A DNA stretch of 64,000 nucleotides from Chiloscyllium plagiosum (taxonomy: Eukaryota), in NCBI RefSeq assembly GCF_004010195.1, contig NC_057728.1, positions 42,661,552 through 42,725,551 on the forward strand. Direction: 5' to 3'. The notes under the pieces are model-generated. The model was not told the origin of the DNA, made no database searches, and saw nothing but the letters and a program-made list of their open reading frames with translations. Shown here piece by piece: positions 53,535-64,000 of this stretch (the stretch's first letter is position 1; the number at the start of each line of letters is the position of its first letter). The translations under genes were made by a program, and so were the position numbers.

Positions 53535-53611
53535 GCAAGTATCTATTTTTGAACATCTGAAACTTGAGTATGAACTTTAACATTTTACAATGCATTGTGT
53601 TATGGTTGAAT

Positions 53612-53945
53612 TAGAATCCTGACAATATGGAAATAGGCCCTTCAGCCCAACAAGTCTATACTGACCCTCTGAAGAGTAACCCCCCCAGACCAATTCTCCT
53701 ACCCTATATTTACTCCTGACTAATGCACCTAATACTATGGGCAATTTAGCACAGCCAATATACCTTACCTGCACATCTTTGCATTGTGGGAAGAAACTGG
53801 AGCACCCAGAGGAAACCCACACAGACACGGGGAGAATGTGCAAACCCCATACAGACAGTCACCCAAGGTGGGAATTGAACCCAGGTCCCTAATGCTGTGA
53901 GGCAACAGTGCTAACCACAGAGCCACAGAGCCACCATGCCACCCC
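53612..53945 (-). mobile_element. HE1-like SINE
   Basis: Reverse complement ggggtggcatggtggctctgtgg...gttagcactgttgcctcacagc; colinear with the other copies. Confidence 0.85.
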
Positions 53946-54766
53946 ATTCTTGAGCTATTCTAGATAATGTTTCATAGGGTTTGAAAATAGAGTTATGTTC
54001 AATGCAAAGGGTAATCACAATTTATTTTCAAAAAAAAGCAGATATTATTAAACCTACAAATTGAAACCTGAAGCAAACTTTGATTACATTTTAGGTCCTA
54101 GATTTTTTTGCAAACGGGCAGTTGGAAATGATTTTAATTCAAGTAAGATGTGAGACTGAAATGGGAAACTTGGTGAATTATTATGTATTATTATGCATTC
54201 AAGATATACAATCAAGTGAAGTGAATTTTATCATAACTGTTGCTTGAGTACTCAGTCAAGGTGAAATAAAACAACTTTACGATTGATACCTGGTGTCAGC
54301 ATATCAAATGTGTCCTTTATCTGTTTTTTTAAAAAAACATATTTACTAGAGATACAAAATCTTGTACAGATCACAAAGTGGTCTCATGTCAAATTCCTGA
54401 TTTATGTTGTGTAGCATTGGATATTGTGTGAAATGAGAGACCCTTAACCATTAACTAATCAGCCTCCAAAAGAAAAATAATCAGCACTGTTGGACTGGAA
54501 AGAATATCTAAGCCAAGTCCATAAACCTATAATAAACATTACACTGTCAGAATGTCTTTACTTAATTCAGTAAGTTTAGGAAGCAGAAGCAATGCATTAT
54601 AAAATTGAATTATGTTTATCTAATAATACAGATTTACATGTTTACCAAATATTTAAATGACAGTTGACTACAAAATCGATTCATCTGTGACTGTGTACTA
54701 GTCAATCTGATGCAGACCCATGAAATTTATTTTCATATATTATTTATTGTTGTATTTTTATTCTAG

Positions 54767-54897
54767 GTTTGGCACCACCCACTAATTTACGAGAAGGAAT
54801 AGTCACAGAAACATCACTGGAATTACTGTGGGATAGAGCAGAAGGACATTTTTACCAATATGAAGTGCAGTGTTTAAACTGTGAAGAGCAACTTATG
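54767..54897 (+). CDS. FN3/CTLD gene exon: FN3 #7 N-half, phase 1-0
   Basis: tttattctAG | CLAPPTNLREGIVTETSLELLWDRAEGHFYQYEVQCLNCEEQLM | GTAAAC; 131 nt. Confidence 0.92.
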
Positions 54898-55180
54898 GTA
54901 AACTCAAATTGTTCTTGGTGCATTAAAAATGCACTATATGTGGCATGTGACATATTTTTAACATTTAACTCTTCAAATTGTCAACTCATTGAAAATACAA
55001 TAAAACAACAATTAGAGCTGTTAGACTATTGATGATACTGTTTTGGCAAAACATGATTTTTACTAAAAGAATTTCTAGCCACATTTATGCCATTAATTAA
55101 ATATGTTTGATAATCCTACATATATCACATTATGAATATATAAACACAACATTGTTTATTGTGTTATTTATTCATTTTAG

Positions 55181-55310
55181 GTTCAAAAAGTTGACCAGGA
55201 GTGTGCAGTATTTGTACACCTGATCCCAGGAAAACTGCATAATATTTCACTTCGGACAGAAAAGGAAGGCTTTCAAGATAGCAAAGCAGTGAAAAAATTG
55301 ATACGTACAA
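55181..55310 (+). CDS. FN3/CTLD gene exon: FN3 #7 C-half, phase 0-1
   Basis: cattttAG | VQKVDQECAVFVHLIPGKLHNISLRTEKEGFQDSKAVKKLIRT | GTATGT; 130 nt; absent from the ORF track. Confidence 0.9.
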
Positions 55311-55394
55311 GTATGTGTGTCTTTTGCTGTTATTTACTTCAAATAAAATAATTTATATTTTCTCCTGAGTTAAATTTCAATGCAAGCAGCCTAA

Positions 55395-58228
55395 CAGGTA
55401 AGGCAGAGGGCATGGTTGGGAACATTGGACTGGGATATCATAGCAATTACAGAGACATGACTTGGGGATGGACAGATCTGGCAGCTTAATGTTCCAGGGT
55501 ATAGACGCCATAGGAAGGATAGAAAGGGGAGCAAGAGAGGAGGGGGAGTGGCATTTTTGATTAAGGATAATATTACTGCTGTACCTAGGACAATATTACT
55601 GGGATTACATCCAGAGAAGTTGTTTGGGTGGAACTGAGAAATAAGAAAGGGGATGATCACATTACTGGGATTGTACAATAGACCTCCAAATAGTTAGTTG
55701 TAAATTGAGCAATGAATTTCGAAGGAGATCTCAGTTATCTGTGGGAATAATAGGGTGGTAATGATAGGGGATTTTAATTTTCCAAAGATAGACTGGGACT
55801 GCCACAGTATTAAAGGCTTTTTGGATGGAGAGAAATTGGTTAAGTCTGCACAAGAAAATTTTCTGCTTCATTATATGGATGTACCTACTAGAGAAAGTGC
55901 AAAACTTGACCTACTCTTGGGAAATAAGGCAGAGCAGGTGACTGAGGTGTCAGTGGGGGAGCTCTTTGAGTCCAGTAACCATAATTCTATTAGTTTTTAA
56001 ATAGTGATGGAAAAGGATAGATTGGAACTAAAAGTTAAAGCTCTTAACAGGAAGAAGGCCAACTTTGACGGTATTAGGCAAGAACTTTCATAAGTTGTTT
56101 TGGTGTAGATGTTTGCAGGTAAAGGGACGGCCGGAAAATGAGAAGCCTTCAAAAATGAGATAATTAGTCCAGAGACAGTATATTTCTGTTAGGGTGAAGG
56201 GCAAGTCTGGTAAGTTGTATGGAATTGGATGTCTCATGAAATTGAAGTTTTGGTCAAGATAACAATGGAAACATATGTCAGGTATAGACAGCAGGGATTG
56301 AGTGAACCCTTAGAAGAGTATAACAGCAGTAGGAGTATACTTAAGAAAGAAATCAGGAGGGCAAAGAGGGGTTATGAAATAGTTTAGGCAAATAAGGTTA
56401 AGGAGAATCCAAAGGAATTCTACAAATTCATTAAGGTCAAAAGGGTAACTGGGGACAGAATGGGGGCACCTTAAAGATCAGCAAGGCCACCTATGTGTGG
56501 ATCTACAGGGGATGGGTGAGATACAAAACGAGTATTTTGCACTCGTGTTTATCATGGAGAATGACATGGAAGATAGTGAAATAAAGAGCTACATCTTGAA
56601 AAATGTCCAGATTACAGAGGAGGAGATGCTTCGTGTCTTAAAACACATTAATGTGGATAAGTCCACGGGACTTGATCAGTTGTAACCTCAAATTCTGTGA
56701 GAAGTGAGGGATGTGATTGCTGGGCCTCTTACTGAGATATTTGTATCATTGAAAGCCACAGGTGAGGTGCCGGAAGACTGGAAGTTGGCTAATGGTGTGC
56801 CACTATTTTAGAAAGGTAGTAAGGAAAAGCCGGGGAACTATAGACTGGTGCGCCTGACATCGGTGGTGGACAAGTTGTTGGAGGGAATCCTAAGGGACAG
56901 GACTTATATGTATTTAGAACGGCAAGGACTGATTAGACATAGTTAACACGGCTTTATGCATAGGAAATCATATATCACTAACAATTGAGTTTTTTTGAAG
57001 AAGTAATAAAAAAAGATGATTGATGAGGTCAGAGCAGTGGATGTGATCTATATGTACTTCAGTAAGGTACTCAACAAGGTTATTTATGGTAGACTGGTTA
57101 GCAAGGTTAGATCGCATGTAATGCAGGGAGAACTAACTACTTGTATTGTGAACTGGCTCGAAGGTAGAAGACAGAGGGTAGTGGTGGAGGATTGCTTTTC
57201 AGACTGGAGGCCTGTGACCAGTGGTGTGCCACAAGGATTGGTTCTGGGTCCATTGCTTTTTGTCATTTATATAAATGATTTGGATGTGAACATAGGAGGT
57301 ATGGTTAGTAAGTTTGCAGATGACCCTAAATTGGAGGTGTAGTGGACAGTGAAGAATGTTCCCTCAGAGTACAACAGGATCTTGATCAGATGGGCATATG
57401 GGCCGAGCAGTGGCAGATATATTTTAATTTAGATAAATGTGAGGTACTGCATTTTGGAAAGACAAATCAGTGCGGAATATATACACTTAATGGTAAGGTC
57501 CTGGGGAGTGTTGCTGAACAAAAATACCTTGGAGTGCAGGTTAATAGTTCCTTGAAAGTTGAGTCGAAGGTAGATATGTTAATGAAGAAGATATTCTTGT
57601 CTTTATTGATCAGTGCATTGAGTATAGGAGTTGGGAGGTCATGTTGTGGATGTATGGGATGTTGGTTTAGCCTGTCTTGGAGTGTTGCATGCAATTCTAT
57701 ATTTTTTCTATAGGAAGGATGTTGTGAAACTTGAAGGGTTCAGAAAAGATATATGAGCTCTTTGCCAGGTTTGGAGGGTTTGAGCTATCGGGAGAGGCTG
57801 AATAGGCTGGGGCTGTTTTCCCTGGAGCATTGGAGGCTGAAGGATGACCTTATAGAGGTTTATAAAATCATAAGGGGCATGGATAAGGTAAACAGACATG
57901 GTCTTTTCCCTGGGGTGGGGAGTCCAAAATTAGAGGGCATAGGTTTAAGGTGAAAGGGGAAAGATATAAAAAGGACTGCAGGGACAACTTCTTTATGCAA
58001 AGGGTGGTGTGTGTATGGAATGACCTGCCATAGGAAGTGGTGGGGGCTGGTACAATTACAACATTTAAAAGACATCTAAATGGGTATATGAATAGGAAGG
58101 GTTTAGAGTGATATGGACTAAATGCTGGCAAATGGGACTAGATTAGATTAGGATATTTGGTCGGCACGGAGGAGTTGTACCGAAGGGTCTGTTTCGTGCT
58201 GTTTATCGCTATGACTCTATGACTCTAA
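55395..58228 (+). mobile_element. CR1-clade LINE, nearly full ORF2 (APE endonuclease and RT), disabled
   Basis: WDIIAITET, RGGGVA, MIGDFNFP, LDLLLGN, SGVPQG, FADD motifs; (ctatga)n tail; many stops and frameshifts. Confidence 0.95.
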
Positions 58229-58683
58229 CTTGAATCAAAGTAGTAGTTAAAATGTGTTAATTGGTAAGGAAATCTCAAAATTAATCTTAAAGAGCATTCC
58301 TTTTATTTTTAACCAATATCTTTAGTTGTCTTTTCAAGGTTAGAAATATTAGTGGGAATTAGGCAAAGGAAACACAAAACTCTAAGTGCCTTCAGAAAGA
58401 AAACAAACAGAAAAGAGATAAACATAGAACAATACAGTGCAGAACAGGCCCTTTGGCCCGCGATGTTGCGCCAACCTGTGAACTCATCTAAGCTCATCCC
58501 CCTACACTATTCCATCATCATCCATGTGCTTATCCAAGGATTGTTTAAATCTCCCTAATGTGATTGAGTTAACTACATTGGCAGGCAGGGCTTCCACGAA
58601 ATTAATAACAATTAATAAAGAATTTAAATATATATTTTATGAGTTCACATTTGCCAATAATATGTTATTTTATGGTATTTTAG

Positions 58684-58837
58684 TGCCGAGTCCAGTGGGG
58701 TATTTGAATTTAAACAAGACTTCTCATTCAGTAACAGTCAGCTGGCCTCAAGCTGTCCATGTATTTGATGGATATAATCTGACATTATCCAATAAAATGA
58801 TCCACCAGGTTGTTCGGATTCCATTCACTCAATCACG
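58684..58837 (+). CDS. FN3/CTLD gene exon: FN3 #8 N-half, phase 1-2; gene continues past the last exon found
   Basis: attttAG | MPSPVGYLNLNKTSHSVTVSWPQAVHVFDGYNLTLSNKMIHQVVRIPFTQSR | GTAAGA; 154 nt. Confidence 0.9.
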
Positions 58838-59139
58838 GTAAGATGTTAATAGCATTATAAATATTCAGATTTTCTCAGCTTTATGATGCATTAAATGGTC
58901 TGAGTTATGTGGTTTTATTCTGGTTGAAAGTAATTGAATTGTAAATAATACATATACAAGACATGACTTTCGTTTCTGTATCTTTATAAAGATTACAACA
59001 TTAAATCATAATACGTTTCAAGAAACATTAGTCTTTTGACAACTGATTCAGCTGTGCAGTGCATACTTGAGGGAGTGCATTATTACCATGCTGTCTTTCT
59101 GATAAGAAGCTTTCTGATGTCACACCTAAGTTAAAGGAC

Positions 59140-60295
59140 AAAGGTAGCTAGGTGACTATGAGGAGAGGGAAAGGAAATAGGCAGACAGTGCAGGGAGACA
59201 CTGTGGCCGTTGCCCTCAATAATAATAACAACAATAATAAGTACTATTTTGGATACTGTTAAGGGGTACGACCTACCGGGGAAAACCACAGAGGGCAGGT
59301 TTCTGGCACTGAACCTGGCTCTGTGGCTCAGAAGGGAAGGGTTTAGAATAGGTGAGCAATAGTGATAGGACATTGATTCGTGAGAGGATCAGACAGGAGA
59401 TTCTGTGGTCATTAGTGAGACTCTTGGATGGTGTGTTGTCTCCTGGGTGCCAGAGTCAGGGATGTACCAATGATATAGGTATGGAAAGGGAAGAGGACCT
59501 AAAAAGAGAATATAGGGAGTTAGTTTGGAAGCTAGAAGCAGAATGAGTAGAATAGTAATCTCACAATTGTGACTGGTGACACGTGGTAGTGAGGCTAGGA
59601 ATAGAGAGTGAGTGCAGATGAACACATGGCTGCAGGGTTGATATAGGAGAGAGGGCTTCAGATATGTGGATACCTTCTGGCGAAGCTGGGACCTATATAG
59701 TTTGGATGGAGCAGTTTTTATCAGGTGTGTCCAGGAAGGATTTCTCATGCAATATGTAGCTCGGCCGACTAGAGGGGAGGCCATACTGGATTTGGTGCTT
59801 GGCATGAACCATGCTGGGTGTCAGACCTCTCAGTGGGAGAGCTTTTCGGTGATAGTGATCACAACTCCATAACCTTTACTGAAGTCATGGAGAGGGATAG
59901 GATCAGATGGTATGGGGAAATATTTAATTGGGGAAGGGGGAATTACAATGCTATTAGTCAGGAACTGGGTGTCTAGATTGGGAATAGATGTTCTTAGGGA
60001 AATGCACAAAAAAAAGTGGAGGTTGTCTAGGAAGTATTTGCTGATAGTGCTGGACAGGTTTGTCCCACTGAGGCAAGGAAGGGATGATAGGTTTAAAGAA
60101 CCTTGGATGACAAGCGACTTGGAACATCTAGTCAAGAAGGAAGCTTACTTAAGGTTGAGGAGGCAAGGATCAGACAGGACTTTAGAGGGTTACATGGTAG
60201 CCAGGAAGCAACTGAAGAATGGACTTAGGATACCTAGAAAGCGGCATGAAAATGCTTTAATGGATAGAATTAAGGAAAGCTCTAAGGCATTCTAC
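59140..60295 (+). mobile_element. CR1-clade LINE internal fragment (ORF1 remnant and ORF2 endonuclease region, internally deleted)
   Basis: MVCCLLGARVRDV-like ORF1 segment; FIRCVQEGFLMQYVARPTRGEAILDLVLG; EPWMT. Confidence 0.85.
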
Positions 60296-60299
60296 AATA

Positions 60300-61815
60300 A
60301 TGTTGTTATTAGAGAAGGTTGATGCATTTAATCCTGCCATTGAAGGCTGGGCCCAGTATGTGGAAAGAATGCATTATTTTTTCCGGGCAAATGACATTGG
60401 GGCAGATTAAAAAGCAACAAGTCATTCTCCTGACAGGTTTTGGGCCCGCAGCTTTGTCGGTTATTATAATCCTAATTTTCCCTAATGTACCAGATATTAC
60501 AACCAAAAAAGAGTTGATGGATTGGTTAAGGAATATTATGATTCCAAACCTTCTCTAATTCTCTACTACTATTGGTTTTACTTGACAGATTGAGTACCAG
60601 GGAATCCATATCGGGATTTTAGACTAGGTTAAGGTGACAGGCAGGGGCATGTGACTTTGGTTTAAATCTGTGAGATGCTGAGACACTGCTTGATATATGG
60701 GACTAACGATGTGATCACGCAAATGTACCTTGTAGCTGAAGCCCAACTAGACTTCAAACAGGCACTACAACTGGCTTATCATGGAAAATACAGCAAGTAG
60801 AACATATGGGTTGCATGGTATTCTGCTGGATGTAAGCACCCTTGCCAGTCCAACTGAGCTTAGCAAACACAATTTGAGTGAAAGAAATTGCGCAGCCTTA
60901 TTCAGGACATAGCCTGAACAGACAAACTCTAGGTCAGCACACAGCAAAACCCCAAAGCAAAGCAAAACCTTGGCCAGATGGTTAAAATTTCCCTCAGGAT
61001 CCGGGCTAGCCAGCCATTGCAGTTGCTGCCAGTATGTGGACTTGAGAAAGCAAAAGAGTCCCACCAGACCTAAATACAGTAAGAGAACTCGCAGGCTGGT
61101 ATCCAAGAGATTGCCACCCTGGAAAATTCACCTCCCTCTGGTCTGGAACAATTAAATTACTTGATCCAAATCAGAATCAATCAAATGAAAAGTCTGGTAA
61201 AATGGTCACCTGTCTGGTTAAGTGGAGGTCAATTTCATGGCCGTCTCAGCAATCACAGAACGAGTCTTTAACAAAATTCGTTCTAGACTCCAACCCTTAC
61301 ATTTGCGCAAGGCCTTGGCTAAACTGAGAACCTATCCTGAGGAACCTTTACAGATTAAGGGTACAACTTCAGTTCTGGTCTGTTATGAGAAGCAGTTGGT
61401 TCAGTTACCACTGATTGTAGTAAAACGCTCAGGCCCAAGCTTGATGGGATAAAATTGGTTACAAAAGATTCACCTCGATTGGCTCATCACTTTCCAGTTT
61501 AGAAAATGGCTGCGTGAGTGAAGTCCTAATTAAGTACCCAGACATTTTTCAGGAGGGTTTACAGACTATCAAAAGAGCCAAGGCCCCTTTGCATGTTAAT
61601 CAGGAAGCAAATCCACGATTCAGCAAGGTCTGTTCAGTACCATTTGCCTTCTGGGCAAAAGTAGAGTCAGAAATTGGAAGTCTAGAAAGCAAAGGAATCA
61701 TTAAACCAGTCTAGTTTGTGGAATGGGCGACATCGGTCGTACAGATTGTGAAGCCCGATGGATCGGTTTGCCTGTGTGGGGATTTTAAACAAGCAGTAAA
61801 CTGCTTTTCACAAGT
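60300..61815 (+). mobile_element. Ty3/Gypsy LTR retrotransposon gag-protease-RT remnant
   Basis: MLLLEKVDAFNPAIEGWAQYVERMHYFFRANDI (gag); LPLIVVKRSGPSLMG (protease end); LESKGIIKPV..EWATSVVQIVKPDGSVCLCGDFK (RT start); disabled. Confidence 0.9.
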
Positions 61816-61869
61816 AAATATTCTTTCGCTACATCCATCAAATCTTGAAAGGCTCCTCATAACTGAAAA

Positions 61870-62100
61870 AGCTATCTTTGATGGCAGGATTGAACATTCA
61901 AGCTTCCCAAACAGTGGCATGGTGCCAGAAACGCTTACCCAAATTTAAAGATGATTGTTGCATACTAATCTCTGCAGGGATGTTTTTCTCTCATTGCCAC
62001 TGAAATAGCTTCATGTTGGCTGTATCCCATCGCCAAGTTACCCTTTATTTACATGTGCATAATACATGACACTGACCCAGCTAGCACAGAGCCATTTCCT
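61870..62100 (-). mobile_element. second Gypsy copy: LTR end, PBS-like site and gag start, opposite orientation
   Basis: Reverse complement: aataaa ... tttca gTGGCAATGAG ... ATGCCACTGTTTGGGAAGCTTGAAtgttcaatcctgccatc (MPLFGKLE, then FNPAI after a frameshift), matching the gag start at 60300. Confidence 0.7.
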
Positions 62101-63844
62101 TGACTGTGATTTTTCCTGCAAATGTGGTCCAATCAAAGGGATGGAATAATTTTTTTGTGGCATTTGTATGTATAGTCACACAGTAAAAAAGACACCATTA
62201 TACAAAGACTTTATTCTATAATTTTCCACCACTAGGAATGCTTACACCAAAAAGTGAAGGTGGAGGGGTTAGGTGGGGAAGTGGGGAGTGGGGGGTATAG
62301 GGAGAGAAGATGGGGAGTAAATCAAAGTAAAGTTGTAGGGGGAAATAAAACAGTCTATCCCCCCCATGGTGCTCACCTCTCCCTAAAGGTTTTGAAAGCA
62401 TTGGTGGACACTGAGTGCCCCCTCACTCAGGCTCAAAAGTAACCACGAAAGATACTCCTGTTTATATCTGTTGGCCAGGGCTCACTTTTGGGCCAGGTTA
62501 ACAGCCCAAATTAGGGAACAAACATGGATGACCTCATTTCAATCACAATGACAACCCTGAAGATTCATTGTTCCAAGTATGGTGCTAAATTTCAGCCACT
62601 ATTGTATTATTATTATTGAATGGATTTCGGCCACATGCTCCTATGGAGTGGAGCAGGTAGATCAAAGGAACTCCTCGTGGGTATACAGCTGGGCCTGGCC
62701 AAGATGGTCTTTAATAAGTCCAGGCAGTGAGTGGTAGAGGGGGTCATTAGACCTGACTGCCAGCTCCTCTTCCATGGTTACATTTGCTCAGTGTCCCAGG
62801 AGAGGGAGTACATGGTATGATGCCCATGATGTCCACTTGAGGCTTTCCATGACTAGTGGGCACTACTCAGGCAGGAATACTTTATGCCCCTGCCCTTCCC
62901 AAACAAATTATAATTTACATTTTGGAAGTTTCCTTTGAGGATTTGACTTCTGTTACATTGCCCCTTTAAGGGGTTGCCTCTTGTTAATTTAATTACATTT
63001 GTTTCATTTGGCTTGATGAGCTTCCAAAGAGTATAAAAAGTGATTCAGGAATGACAATTTGAAGTAGGTTTCCTTAAAAAGTTTTGTTTTGTGATTGTGC
63101 CTCTATAAGGAGCTGTCAACTATTTAACAGTTGACACCACTATCAGCACCCTTATATCCCAAAGGATTTAGTGGATCAAAAGTACAACTTACTACCACCT
63201 TCTCCAGGACATTTAGGAATGGGCAATAAATGTTAGCTTAGGCTGCAATGTCAACATCCACGAACAAACAAGAGAAAAGACAATTTGCTTATTAGTTCAT
63301 AATTAGTTAATCAAATAGTATTAAGTAGAACTGCATGTCATAGTGTTCCATCCTGCCATCTATAAGTGGTGGGGTACCCATTATGGGAGGCCCATTATGC
63401 AGGAGTCCTCCAATTTTCCACTGGGGATTTGTCATGGACAGTGCTGTCTGCTATAATAAGTAATAAGTGTTTAAGGTGATTTACAGACTCACAGGTGACC
63501 TATTATTTCTCCAACTTTGAGGAATTTGTCTTTTATATTTAGACGGGTTGTGTGAGTTCACATTTTCTCATGGTTAGCAGATGTAGGAGGAAGTGGTGGC
63601 AGGCATATCCAAAGACCATCTTGTGGGTCTGCGAACTGGGCCTGCAGAAGGAGGAAATTCTGCGAGGGTGATGAGCAATAGTAATCTTTCAACCAAACCA
63701 TCAAAACAAATTAATTATTCATTTAATATTTATTGTTTTAGATCGTGCTTTGACTTCTCTAATTGCCAAATTAGTAACGTAGAAACACAAAAGACCATAA
63801 GCCATTCAAACATTATTGTTCAATTGACATGTTGTTATCTTAGA

Positions 63845-64000
63845 GGAGAAAGTGAGGTCTGCAGATGCTGGAGATCAAAGTTGAAACTTTATTGCTGGAA
63901 CAGCACAGCAGGTCAGGCAGCATCCAGGGAACAGGAGATTCGACGTTTCGGGCACAGGCCGAAGAAGGGCCTGTGCCCGAAACGTCGAATCTCCTGTTCC
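63845..64000. mobile_element. young hairpin of inverted Penelope-like termini (cut by window end)
   Basis: Perfect 33-bp inverted arms 63928-63960 and 63968-64000 around gaagaag. Confidence 0.85.

Noticed and set aside
63742..63845. Possible next (phase-2) exon after ttttAG near 63741
   Set aside because: Open, but lacks the expected FN3 C-half pattern (L.PG..Y) and runs into a repeat; the acceptor at 63542 hits a stop at once

Overview
Eukaryotic, repeat-rich genomic DNA, most likely from a shark: it carries HE1-like tRNA-derived SINEs, CR1-clade LINEs and Penelope-type ends. Two + strand spliced genes were assembled by hand from splice sites and reading phase. (1) The 3' end of otogelin (OTOG): four exons at 1293-12107 ending in the cystine-knot domain, plus a candidate 72-nt in-frame cassette exon at 7292-7363. 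(2) A gene I cannot name, starting at ATG 26105 and running off the window. Its 13 phase-compatible, stop-free coding exons (about 832 codons) read signal peptide - FN3 - FN3 - C-type lectin domain - at least six more FN3 (the last partial). It sits where PTPRQ sits beside OTOGL on the paralogous chromosome segment. It also shows three uORFs, a probable GC-AG intron and a 3.5-kb intronic 21-bp minisatellite. Introns and intergenic DNA hold CR1 LINE fragments, SINEs, a tRNA-Lys pseudogene, Gypsy LTR remnants and Penelope-like termini with minimal hammerhead-ribozyme motifs, often as hairpins. Exon boundaries were counted by hand; repeat boundaries are approximate; family names come from recall, not database searches.
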